A DNA stretch of 64,000 nucleotides from Octopus bimaculoides (taxonomy: Eukaryota), in NCBI RefSeq assembly GCF_001194135.2, contig NC_068981.1, forward strand, positions 172,439,619-172,503,618, in the 5' to 3' direction. Shown one piece after another: positions 1 to 12,810 of the stretch. The notes beneath the pieces were generated by a model. It was given only the letters and a program-made list of their open reading frames with translations, searched no databases and was not told the origin of the DNA. The translations under genes were made by a program, and so were the position numbers. How positions within the stretch are numbered: position 1 is the first letter of the stretch; each line of letters starts with the position of its first letter.

Positions 1-168
1 ATAATCAAACCCTTCCCCTCAAAATATTAAACGGACACTTTCAAATAATCTTCGCAGAAAAAGTTTAAAATAGTCTACCAAGGGCTAAACGATATATGGA
101 GAGCCATAGTGGAATTGAAAAACTTAATGCTTTCCCAGTGTATATCTGAAGTCAACAATACAATACTC

Positions 169-301
169 GGCACTGTCATGGTATTAGCTGTCAGAATTGA
201 AAGTAGAACTGACAAGGAACGTTACTGCTGGTTTGAGTTGATTCTTTGGCTACTGACTAGCCGGAGCTATCTATCTGTCTGTCTGTCTGTCTATCTCACT
301 A

Positions 302-356
<55 letters not shown>

Positions 357-648
357 NNNNNNNNNNTAGCGCGGACGCGCAACCACTCTGCTTTAGTAAG
401 TACCCTTATACTCTCTGTTTTCAAACGCATGGATATAGGTGTCAAATTTGTTCTAATAACTTTCGAGTGATAGATAGATAGATAGATAGATAGACAGAGA
501 GAGAGAGACAGACAGACAGACAGATAGCTCGCTCCGGCCAGTCATGGTATTAGCTGTCAGTAGCCAAAGAATCAACTCAAACCAGCAGTAACGTTCCTTG
601 TCAGATTTTTCTACTTTCACTTCTGACAGCTAATACCATGACAGTGCC
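169..648. mobile_element. Foldback MITE with long modular TIRs (GGCAC...GTGCC) and 8-bp TSD CAATACTC
   Basis: Arms of ~100-150 bp are near-perfect reverse complements, including mirrored microsatellites; CAATACTC at 161-168 and 649-656 flanks the element exactly. Confidence 0.85.
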
Positions 649-819
649 CAATACTCTAAATAAGTTATTTTGAACCTTCTGTAATCCAATGCCTCCTTTC
701 AACGAAGGGAGTTTCAGTCAAAACCCCCACCTCGTATCATTTCTGTACCATTTGAATATTATTACTGTTATGAATAATTTATGTTGTAACATCAACTTGG
801 ATACCTCTGCTTGCTTAAT

Positions 820-1005
820 ATTACGTCGCTTGCCGAGTAAAATGTTTAGCGGCATTTCGTCTGTCTTTAAATTGTGAGTTCAAATTCCGTCGAAATTGAT
901 TTTGCCTTTCGTCTTTCTGACATCGATAAAATAAGAACCAGTGGGGTCGATGTAGTCGACTTACCCCACCCTCAAAATTGTTGGTTTTGTGCCAAAATTT
1001 GAAAC
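820..1005 (+). mobile_element. tRNA-derived SINE-like repeat (family C)
   Basis: B-box-like GAGTTCAAATTCC; the same sequence recurs at ~32983-33190, 50010-50230 and 51240-51465. Confidence 0.7.
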
Positions 1006-1011
1006 AAATGT

Positions 1012-1815
1012 TGGATCTTGCAGGCATGAAGTGGATTCGATCCACCATAGCCAAATTTAAATTAACAGTTCAACAGAACTTTGCTCACGGTGGAACAATG
1101 GTTTTTCTCTGACAGCAGTTTTACATTTGCCAGATTGCTTTTAGCTCGGCCGAAATAATGTCTTCACCACTTGATCCTTATAACTTCTTCTACTTCACCA
1201 AAAGCTAGAATAGAGATATCACAGTACCACCAACGAAGCCCATTGTTCTCAACGATATGTCTATCTTTCTGGATAGTTATAAAAGCAAGAACCAGTAGTC
1301 ACTTGGTGACAATTGAGTGAGTCAGCTCGTGACAACTCAATCAGTTAGGGAACGGACTGTTAGAATCATGATCACAAGCAAGGCAGATACTAATGACAAT
1401 AGTCAGATAGGAAAATGAAATTTACTGTCAGCAATTGTGAGACAACGTCCATCAACCCTACAAATTTCACTAGCTCTATATCTGTTCTCTTACAACATCA
1501 TTCTATCGCTATCGGTGGCTTATTAAGAGAACCTGTACACAAAACTATACAAAGAAAAATTCTACCACATCTAACTTTCTTTCGCGTGCTCTCAGATTTT
1601 ATAACCTGCCCGACGAGGCAAGGTATTTTCAACGTAACAGTAAATAAATACTTTTTTAAAACTTCATGCATTGTTCATCTTTCACATCCTACAACATGCC
1701 GTTATAACAACAAATTTTTATCGCTACAACTGCTGACTCTGACGTTTCATATTATTGTGTACCTAATTAATTTTAAGTGTTACAATTAAATTTCAACCGA
1801 TACAAAAGTAATCTT
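1012..1815. repeat. Copy 1 of a diverged ~0.8-kb tandem duplication
   Basis: Colinear with 2196-2953; starts TGGATCTTGCAGGCATGAAGTGGATTCGATCCACC and ends AATTTCAACCGATACAAAA in both copies. Confidence 0.9.
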
Positions 1816-2195
1816 TAACCGTTACACAAATATTACGTCATTTGCCACTTAGTTTTCTCGGTCCATCAATTACCATTTGCCTTTCTCGGCCCATCTTTTA
1901 ACACAAAACATTATATCGTTTATTTTCCTTAGTTATGTAATATATAGCAACACTACTGATATTTTTGATTGCTCAGTGTTTAACCTCTCATTTCCTATAA
2001 TCCTTAATATATTTTAATACATTTATACACTCATTCATTTATATACGTGTACATGGGTTTATATCTCTATACTAAAGTTTTAATTAGAAAGAGACAAATT
2101 TCAAGGTCGATAATACTCCTCATCAAAGCCAACATATATCTAAAGCCATCATAAATGTGTGAACATATAACATATAAAAGCATATATATATGTAG

Positions 2196-2953
2196 TGGAT
2201 CTTGCAGGCATGAAGTGGATTCGATCCACCATAGCCAAATTTCAAGTTACAGTTCAACAGAACTTTTCTCACGGTGGAACAATAGTTTTTCTGTGATAGC
2301 AGTTTTACATTTGCCAGATTGCCTTAGCTAGGCCGAAATGTCTTCACCACTTGACCTTTCTAACCACTTCTATTTCACCAAAAGCTAGAATTAAGATAAC
2401 AAGACCACCAACTAAATCTATTGTTCTCAACGATATATCTATCCTTCTGGATAGTTATAAAAGCAAGAACCCCCCAGCAAAAATCAGTTAGTCGGCTCGT
2501 GACAACTCAATCAGTTAGTTAATGAATGACAATTCAAGTCAGAGGCAGCTACCATCAGTTAGGTAGCGGAATGCTAGAATCATGTTCACAAGCAAGGCAG
2601 CTACTAAAGACAATGGTCAAATGGAGAAATGAAATTTACTGTCAGCAGCTATGAGACCCAACTTCCCATACCTTCTCACTTTGTCTTCTCTGCACATTAC
2701 CATATTTCTCTCTATGGTTTACTACTACAATAAGAACACACAGGCCTAAATCAACTTTTTTTTACTTCGCACGCTCTAGGATTTTTATCACCTGCCCGTC
2801 GAGGCAAGGTATATTCGATGTAATGGTAAATAAATATTTTCTTCCCAACGTCAATCACTGTTCTTTCATCTTTGCATAATGAAGAATCTCAAACCTTTAA
2901 CAAATCAATCACAACTGTAACAAACTCAATTTCAACCGATACAAAATAATCTT
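2196..2953. repeat. Copy 2 of a diverged ~0.8-kb tandem duplication
   Basis: Starts 1184 bp after copy 1; conserved blocks are interspersed with diverged stretches. Confidence 0.9.
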
Positions 2954-3099
2954 CATCATTACATATACACATTATAGCATAATTCCGTGCTCAAATCAAA
3001 GTCGGATGAAGAATTGCATAAATACAAATCCAAAAAGAGAAGTCCTCAAACGAATCCAATAAATACGAAAGAAACTTACGGCCGTTTCCAGGAATGTGC

Positions 3100-3153
3100 G
3101 AAGTGTGTAGGTAAATCCTTTTCAACTTCAGTAAGGATTTACCTACACACTTC
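3100..3153. other. Perfect 21-bp inverted repeat with 12-nt loop (hairpin; pre-miRNA candidate)
   Basis: GAAGTGTGTAGGTAAATCCTT (3100-3120) and AAGGATTTACCTACACACTTC (3133-3153) are exact reverse complements. Confidence 0.9.
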
Positions 3154-3402
3154 TGCAACAACTGCAGCAGAAGAAAGAGGCCAGTAACTATCTCGCCCAT
3201 GTTTGCAAGTATGAAAACATCATTAGGATAACTAATGAACTTGAGGAGAGAGATTAAATAAAAGCTGATGCATATCTATTCCCGAGGAGCATTACTAAAT
3301 TCTATTTATCTGAAAAAGAAAATTTTAAATGCACCAGTTCATTGAGCAAGCAGTGCATGTGTACTTGGCACGAAAGACATAAGCTATAGAGGGATTAAAT
3401 CA

Positions 3403-3800
3403 TTTAACCGATTAATGTCCGCCTTCCATGCTAGAATGGGTGGGACGGTACCACAAGAGCCGGCCAGCACCAGACTTCTGTGACTGCTCTGGCAGGAATT
3501 TTACAGCTGGACGCCCTTCTTAACACCAACCACTCAGCAGAGTTTACGTGGCACAAGCACAAGCGAGGTCAGTTTTGGCAAGGTCTTTAAGTTGCATGCC
3601 CTTCCGAACACCAACCACTTTACAGTGTGGACTGGATGCTTTTAAGTGGCACCTGCACTGACAGGATCACCAAGTACTTGCAAGACATTAAAAAAAAACT
3701 TTTAAGAGGGAGGAGGTAATGAGGAAAAGGTTATAGTGTGACAGATACAGGTGTCTTGCTGTAGAGGAAGTACAAGGTTACCTGGCCAGAGAAAGAAAGA
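3403..3800. mobile_element. Abundant interspersed repeat (family A, CTGGATGCCCTTCCTAA core)
   Basis: The same core occurs at ~8183, 22050, 30590, 32570, 40865, 45000, 47313, 48455 and 63718. Confidence 0.75.
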
Positions 3801-4689
3801 TCAGGAATGAAGACAGAAACAGGAGTGCTACCGCAAATAAAATACATGGTTACCCAACCTGAGGGAAGTGCAGGAGAGGGGGAGAGAGAGTGAGAGACAG
3901 CAGGATAGAGATGGTGGCAAAATCCCGGACATACTCACAAGGGACGGGTATCAGAATATAAATGAGATGGTTCAGTAAAGGAAGAGAGATAGATAGATGG
4001 TGACAAGTGCCATAATATAAGCAGCAGGGTATTGTGAAGGAAGTGTGATTAAAGAGTAAGTGGCAAAAGACCTGGGTACATAGAGTTGGAGGGGCTACCA
4101 GATAGCAATGATACAGAGGAACAGGATTGGGGAGTAAGAGCTAGGCATAGTGTATGAAGGAGGAAATGTGAGAAAGAGATGTAGATTGATTTGTTGTGAT
4201 AGGGTAAGCGAAAAGTTTTCTTGTTACGTGTGGGTGGAACGACCAGCGGGGGCTAGCAGATAGCAATAATACAGTGAGACAGGGTGTATGGGTGGAACAC
4301 AGAGGTTGGGGGCTAGCAGAGAGCAATCATATGGTGGCACAGGGCCAAGAGGACAGCATTGGGGAGAGGGAGGTAATAATGTTACATGAAGCGGAAATGT
4401 GAGGAAGAGAAGAAATGTAGAGACATAGTTTGGTTTGTTGTGGTAGAATGTGTGAGCTGTTAAGTGTGGATAGGACACACAGTGCTTCTGTACAAATATC
4501 CAACCTGTCTCTTATAGAGAGAAAGAAAAAAATAAGGATACACATAACTGAATCTAATACACCATAAGTATAAAGAAGTCTAACAAATTAAAAATATTTA
4601 TTGCATCTGAGTGCTTCTACAGCAGCTTCACCTCACCGGTTCCTTAAACAAGGTCCATAAAATTGACCACGAAAGACATTTAAAAAAAC

Positions 4690-5200
4690 ACTTAGCATGG
4701 AACACTGAGAAGTTTATGACATCCCACTTTTGAAGGCTACCTCCATGCAATTCAAGAACAGATCCCCACCACCACCACCACCAAGTAGCTGCAACATAAA
4801 AGGCAGAAGACATTGACAGAAAACGAATGTAAGCTGTGTAAAACTAAAACTGAAGACATCAACCACATTATTGCCAACTGCGAGACTGTCTTGTAGATAT
4901 CTTCTATCAGGCATGATGTGGAACAGAATAAAAAAAAGGAAATACCAACAGACTGTTAACTATACGGAGAACAATGGGCAAAAAGAATATAGGTGGAAAT
5001 TAAAATTTAACTAAAACCACCACAACCAGTCAGATATTGTTGTTAGGGGCAAGAAAAAAAAATGCTGTTGTGAAAAGCAGGTATCCTCTAGACACCAGTG
5101 CGGTTAGAAACGTACATGAGAAAGGCACCTGTTGCCCATGGATAAGGATTTTGCAAATCCAATATCCAAGGTACACTTTTCAGTTCCATACCACTTACCT
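4690..5200 (+). mobile_element. Decayed R4/Dong-like non-LTR retrotransposon 3' part (CCHC knuckle + restriction-like endonuclease)
   Basis: Frameshifted fragments read TSHF-EGYLHAIQEQ, KTEDINHIIANC, RHD, HNQSDIV and a D/E..K-type tail; multiple stops. Confidence 0.65.
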
Positions 5201-7510
5201 TTCTCACAACTTGGAACTGTTCCACTTTATACCCATACTACATTCTCAATACTGTCCCTTCCACCCACATTTTACGTCGATCACTCTCCTGAGCCACCAA
5301 ATATCTCATCCACCTTGATATAACTTTCAATTTCCTCATTCACTACGCTTTCTCCACTCTCGCAACCTACCCAACCACCTATCTTTCTCTCCGTCATCCG
5401 TTCCATCTACTGTATCATTAGGATTCTGTCGCTTTTTACCACCATTCTTTCTGCACTATTAATCCTTTCCTCCAACCCATGTGTACCATTGGTCACTTTC
5501 TGATATTCAACACCTTATTTCTACAGTTGTCCCTATTCTTTCTTATTCAACACTTGTTCTTCGTTACATTCATCAATCACTCTTCCATATTCTTTGCAAT
5601 CTCCCTCCACCTACATTCTCTGTTCTTACCATTATTTTCATCTTTCCTGATCTATTCCCAACTCTTCTAGAATGCGAGTCGGCACATAACAGCAACAAAT
5701 TCTGTTAAAGTCCTTAGTCTCCCTCTTCATTGAAGCCACTTAATCTAAGGGGATCTTATGGCAACCTCATTTGTGCTGGTGTCACGAGAAAAAAAAAAAG
5801 CACACGACCTAGTTGGCTTTAGGAAAAGCATACCAAACTGGATATGACATCAATCAAACAATACTTCTTGAAGCTCTTCTTGTTAACTATTGTTTTAGCA
5901 TAGTGGATGTTTTGTTTATGAGAATAAATAGTACCACCACTTCAGTGGTATCAAGATACAAACTACCAATATCACAAATTTATCAACCTAAGACTACAGA
6001 AAATACTTTCTCAAGATGCCATAATCTACACCCCAAAATAGCAACTTGCTTGTGCTTACCTATAATTTCGTTGTGTCCTCCTCTTCACGATGACAGTTTT
6101 AATCATCTATTCAAATATATTTTAATACATTGTCACCAATTTATACTTATTTTCCGAAAGAAAAAAAAAAAAAAAAATTTCACCCATCTTTCCAAGATGC
6201 AGAGCTGAAAGGTACTTTTTGCTCCAAGAGTATCGACTGAAGATGCAGAATGTAAACATCAACACGAAAGTATTGGTAGGCAGTAGCTATGCAATTTAGT
6301 CAGCCGTTTTATATATCTCAATGCTGTTTGTGTCCGCAAATATATTTGGAATCCAATCACATGGACATGCATGTGCATAATTTCACCTCCCAACCACATT
6401 GTTTCATGTTCAGTACTATTGCATTCTGAGCTTGAGCTTTGCACATAGATTTGGTAGAGTAACTGAAAACTTATGTAGGTTTCCACTAACATTCAGGTAG
6501 TGCCACTTATCTCCAATTTCCATACCATGAAGAAATACGAGGTAAGTTGGCAACAAAAGAGTATAGTTACAAGAAAATCACCTCAGTGAATTCTGCTCGT
6601 TGCAAGTATGGAAAAGTAGACATTAAAACGGTACGGACATCACAGTTACTTGGAATGAAACCCATCAAGAAGTAGTAGTTCAGAGTAGTCTGCCTCAATT
6701 GGAGAGAGAGGAGAAAAAAAGTGTTTCTGTATCAGTTTTAATGTCAACTTTTCCATCATACTTGCATGGACCAAAGTAGGAGGCAAATTTTCTATGGAGG
6801 TAGTGAGAGGGATAACGGCTGTGAAGAAAGGGATGCCTGACCACACTACTTTATATGGAAGCTATTACATTTGTAATGAAGCAGCATTGTTACAAAATTT
6901 ATTGCAAAGATAAAAATGATATTTAAATTTTTATTTTCATACTGGTATAAACACCATAAAAATTCAAAAATAAAATTGCATCTTTGGCATATTGCCTATC
7001 ATTCACAGTGGCAAATGTACTTTTGATTTTACTAGCCATCTGAAAACAAATTTTTATTTTTTCATTCAATGCAACCTTCTCACCTACTTCCAATTTCCAT
7101 CTTTAAACTTTCAAAAACCATTCACATATAGAGCAAATCAAAATACTTGCACATTTTGTTTAAAACCTCATTTCACTTCGCTGCTGACAGAGCAGTTTTC
7201 ATAGTGCATTAAATACTGGAGTTTTAACCAAATTTAAGTTATGTCTTTTGGCCTAGTGCTTTGGCTCAATATAAAATTGCAAATTTATGCAAACAAAAAA
7301 TTAATGTAATTGTCTTCCAGAAACACTGAAAAACTCATCTCCCCAGTTATTTTTATCCATCCAGCCACAGCAAAACTTGACTAGACTACCCCCATATATA
7401 AAAATCACATCTGGGCGTCATTTGTAGGGAGAAAAATAATTATAATAAAATTTTAAATATGCACAATGACTTGCTAATAAAATACAAATAAAATATTGAT
7501 GCAGTAAGTT

Positions 7511-7516
7511 TTTATT
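7511..7516 (-). terminator. RPL5: RPL5 polyadenylation signal AATAAA
   Basis: TTTATT on +, ~25 nt beyond the stop codon. Confidence 0.8.
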
Positions 7517-7539
7517 GACCCCGGTCATAAGAAATAAAC

Positions 7540-7636
7540 TTAATCATCATCTTTCTTGAGACTTTTCATAAATTCACTCTTCTCCTTTTGAATACGAGCC
7601 TTGCGCTGTTCCAGAGTAAGTTTCTTGGCATTGTGT
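7540..7636 (-). CDS. RPL5: RPL5 exon 8
   Basis: ttgcag|A CAC AAT...: [31 protein letters not shown]. Confidence 0.97.
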
Positions 7637-10600
7637 CTGCAAAAACAATTGAAATACAGTTAATCTTAAAATTTCTAATTAAAACTTAGATCAGTTACAA
7701 AAACTAAGATATTCAGACTTACCAATTCATCTTTGTCATTAGACTGGCTATGCTGGGGGAATTGCCTTGAATTTTTTTAATTGAATGAATCAAACCTCTA
7801 TTTTTTTTTTTGCCAAACCAGTACATTACAGGGATTTAAAACTCACCAACACCATTTGTCAAGGAGTGGTGGACAGATACACAACAGGCTGCTTTCTGTT
7901 CCCATCTACGAAATTAACTGATAAGGCTTTGGTTGCCCTGAAGCTATAGTAGAAGACACTTGTTCAAGGCAGCATGTGGTTGGGAAGGAAGCTTCTTAGC
8001 CATGCCTGCACTATCTCAATCAAAGAATATTTTAGATTACTTGTAACAGGTTTGAGATAATGTCATCGACAGTTATAACATGATTGGAGAATCATCAGAA
8101 TAAATCAAACCCAATGAATCACCACGAATCAAAACACTTAGAAATTTCTTCTTTTGTTCTAATTCAAGTGTTCAGTTTGGCCATCATCGTTTAACGTCCA
8201 CTTTCCATGATAGCATGGGTTGGACAATTTGACTGAGGACTGGTGAGCCAGATGGCTACACCAGGCCCCAATCTGATTTGGCAGAGTTTCTACAGCTGGA
8301 TGCCCTTCCTAATGCCAACCACTAGGAATATAGCCTAATAACTAATATGGTGATATTAAACAGCTTTACACTACATTGATTTTAAGAGTAATTAAGAGAA
8401 AGTACGAATGCTTTAAGTATGATTCAAGTCTATCTTTAGTGTATTCTATCTCCACTTTTTCATGCTCATAAGTTGAATAGGGCTTTCTCTTTCTCTAAAA
8501 ATCACAGTATCTCGTGTAGCAATTGTGTATCTTAATGAAGTAAGCTATCAACTGTACCAGTGGTACACCCTATAGTATGCTACACAAATTTTTACATATT
8601 CTTTTCCTCAGCTCATTCAGTCTGTATATGACCCCCTTGCATCTCTTGTAGCCATGGTTTACATTTGTATACTAAACAATTCACTTTTGTTACTATATTT
8701 CTAAATAAAATACACACCTTATGTAGTTCAATTAAATTCTAAAATAATCAAGAATTTAGACCGCTTTAACCCAGCCAAATATTGTTCTATGTTCAAACTA
8801 GCCAGATGCAGCCTTTCATACCTATCCTACAATGTCATTCTAAAGATAAGGAATCACATGAAAATCACAAAGCTACAAGATTAATTAAAAACAACGAATA
8901 AGCAGAGTAATCTGAATGCTAAAGGGTTAAAGCTTATAGACTTGTAACCTTTGGAATACAATTTAAGATTCTTAACCAAATCTTGTTTCATAATTTTTAT
9001 CTTCAAGCAAATCTAATTACAGGAAAATTCAAAATATTAATTTTAATAGCCATTATTAAATGACTATAAAATTTGAGAAAAAATTGTTCAAAGTACTGGA
9101 TTATTAAGTTGAAGTTCATGTATCATAATGGTAAAAAAGCACAAAGAAATAGGTGCACTATAACCCCCCCCCCCGAAAAAAACACAAAGTGCCGAGATTT
9201 GAAGAAAATTAGAAAAGGAAATAAATACACAGAAACATACAATGATTCACAAATCAAACTGTTACACATCTCACAAGTAAATAAAAATATGGTAAATTCA
9301 AAAATATTTAGTCCTTCCCTGCAGTAATTGATTCAAAGAAAAATTAACCTAAGTTTTGTTCCCTCGGGGGTTGTGGGGAGAGAAGACTAACCCAAACTTG
9401 CTTGACAACATGAAACTGGTAACCACCCTTTGCCCATAGTGAAACATTTCAGAAAATCAAAATTGGAAAGAATCTATAATTTGCAGTGCTTACGTATGTT
9501 CAATAATGGAAGACAATGTAACTCAAGTATTTACATGAAACATTTTCAAAATTTATGAGATTTGTGCTGAAATTAAAAATATCAGCAGGCTATTTCAGCC
9601 AGACTGGTAATGAAAGGGGTTAAGCATGGTCACTTCCTGTAAGCAGTATACTGTCTTTCCAGTTAACTGAATACTTTGCTTAAGTGTAGAGGATTCAATT
9701 CTAGGCTTTGCCTATACATATGGAGTTGTTGTTGGCAGATTCAGCTATGAGAGCTAAGTTACTGACATACAGTAGTCCTCATGGTCAGCTGGCCAAAACC
9801 CATTATGATTAGCTGAAGTATAACAAACTGGAGTAGGGACGAAGAGGGTTTTAAAAATGAGCCTTGCGACGTCCATTTGCTTTTGAAATTCCTTTAAAAA
9901 TACCAACAGCATCTCGAATTTTGACAGTCATCTTCAGTAAGCTTGTACTGATTTGCTTTTGACAACTGGACTATATAACGAGTCTCCAAGATTGACAACT
10001 GTTAAGTATAGTAGCTTATTCTTTGCAGTCCACGTGATTAGAGCAAAAGCAGGAGAAAGAAAAGGAGAGGGAATGTAATTGTAATGCTTTCATGTGATTA
10101 CTTGAAGGGAAAAAGGATAAGACAAAGAGAGATGTATCCATGAGATGGGAGGGGGGGGATGTTATATATATATTACATGGTTAAAGTTAAAAGGTAGAGG
10201 GGGAGTTAAAAATATAATTTTAGCAGAGGGGCAATGTTCTGATGGTGAGGTTAAAGGGAGTGGGAGCAAGAAAGATGGCGGGTGGATAGTTAGAAGTATC
10301 TAATTGAACAAAGCTTTTTTTATATCACTTAACACACAAGTGCAATTCCATGAATTAGTCACGCTTAATTATGTAGTACATACATGCAATTTAACTAAAA
10401 GCTGTATCATGTACAGGATTTGTTTCTGGGAAAAAGAGCAAATATTTTGCATGTGCTGTGCTGTGTGTTAAGAATATAAAATTGCGCATTAAGTAATAAT
10501 TGTATTCCAATTTCTTTCACTTTTCAATGAATAGCAAATATCTTAAAGACTATGCTTTCTTTTGGATAAAGTTTTCAGAAATAACCCAATAGGTTTACCA

Positions 10601-12769
10601 TTAATTCCATGAAATGGTCACAGTTCCTGCTAGTATATGCTAATCTTAATTAGTTGTGCTATAAATCCAATGCATTACATTTATAACAATCAATTTGTTC
10701 ATTCGAGAATGTTTGCCCTGGCAACAGTTAATGCTACAGCTATATGAATTGTTGTACAATACCACGTGCCCTGCAATGTATTTCCAGTATCTATCCCTTT
10801 TGGTCCATCTGCTGTTATTGCTTTACTATCTTTAATTGCACTTGCAGGCTCTTGTAACATTTTCCATAACTTTCTTAATGATGGTGCCAGCAAATGTCAT
10901 TATCAAGACAGTTTTTTGCCCAATTATGTCCAATTCGCAATGACAACCTGTTTTAGCTTATTTCTTTGTTACATATACATGATATCTATTGCACCTCATT
11001 CTTTCCAAGCCACCTTCTATATCATTCTAACACTGTGTCACCCACCACCCAACTGAAACTGCCCCATTCACATACATGGTTTATGCCCTACAGTTATTTT
11101 TGAAGCTCAAACTGACAAAGGAACCTTTGAACAGTGGCAATAATAGTTGCTTACCTCTTTTTCACAACAGTTTTCTTAGGCGCAGTTACTGGTTCTGGAT
11201 GAGAACGGATTGCTGCATGTGCATTTTTATACTGCTTTTCAATCTAAAATTTAAAAAAGTTTCATTTTAAGGATAGACAGTTGCATTCCAAGGAAACTAT
11301 TTCAACAACCATAAAGTGCCATGCTTTTTTTCTCTGGCAATAACAATTGTTCTTCATGGATAATATCCTCTAGATTAATTTGTCTTTAAAGTACTCCAAT
11401 TACAGGAATTAACAAATTAACATGACCACATCTACTTAAACCACCATTAACAATAAGTGCTTTCCACTGTATAAAATATATATTTTATGCTTAATGAAGT
11501 AAGAATTATAGAGATAACAATACTCACTGATTCGGGTGTTATGCCTAGTTTAATATAACGCGAGAACTGTTTTTTGTATGTTTCTTCATTTTCTTCTTGA
11601 AGTGTAGACATATAATTTGCGACATGTTTGCCAAAAATATGATCCCTATGCACCTCAGCTTTAAATTCTCCACTTTCCGCATCATAACCTGGGAAGCGCT
11701 TAACACTGTAATAAAATACATGAAGCTTAAATTTATCGTAATCACAAAATTCCCACGAAAACAGTGTACACAATGAATATGACTAATTTTTAAAAGAAAC
11801 CCAGTTGGACCTAAAATCCATTGACTATTCTCACTATTCCATAAAATATTGGACCAATTATTATGCAAAATATAAAGTGGACAAAAATCAAGGCATTTAA
11901 GCAGCTATAATATTGGCTAATAAAATTGTGATATTTCATTCCACTGGTATGACATGGATACCCTTTCAAATCCACAAGCCTCCTATAGTAAGCAAACCAA
12001 CACCCTACATGTGTTGTGTCCATTTGTTCTCAGTAGCTATTCTTATAAGCATATTTACCAATGTTGCCGGTTAGACTTAACACTGATGACAATATTAGTG
12101 CAAATACAATCTAGAATCAAGTTCATTAAGCATTCCTGTAGTACAAGTTTACTCATAGAAACAGGCAACATACTACATATGCAAATGTGCTGAAATATGA
12201 AGTTATGAAATTAAAGAGAAAAATTTGAATCATTCAAATTCATCCAATTCAGATGTTAGTCAACCCCCCCACCCCTGTAACTGACAATTTAAGAATTGGG
12301 ACTGGATTTAAGCATTTTGGAATATTTCCACCTCCCCCACTGCATACTTGCAAACATCAACCATGCCAGTAGTCTGAGAGGGTCTGCAAGTTACCAGCAC
12401 AGCCACTCCTGTGACTTAAGTCTTAAAGAGTTAGTTTAAGATTAAAAACAAATCAGACGTTTCAAACAAGTCGACCTCCACCCATAAAGTCTAGAACCTG
12501 TAACTGAAAAGATTCTTACTTGTGAGGTATCTCCATACCACCATCAACAGCACCTTTCATTGCTCCAAAGACTCTTGCACCAGTTGTAGTACGGCTGAGT
12601 CCAACGTCAAGAAATGCACGGAAGGCTCTGGGTTTACCTTCAATGTTCTCAACATTATACTCCTCTCCAGTCACATCAGTACAACCATCATAGATGGTGT
12701 CCAAGTTGAACTTTTTCAATATCTGAAAACAAATTTTGATGAATACATTAAAACTAAAATGATTGAAGG

Positions 12770-12810
<41 letters not shown>

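Noticed and set aside
1030-1052. tRNA T-arm-like GTGGATTCGATCCACCATAGCCA in both duplicated units
   Set aside because: No acceptor-stem partner, D arm or anticodon arm; not a tRNA.
6497-6675. Possible plus-strand terminal exon (GSATYLQFPYHEEIRGKL...KPIKK*) with CACTAAC upstream and an internal GTAAGT
   Set aside because: The branch-like motif is only ~6 nt from the AG, no upstream exon could be linked, and no family was recognised.
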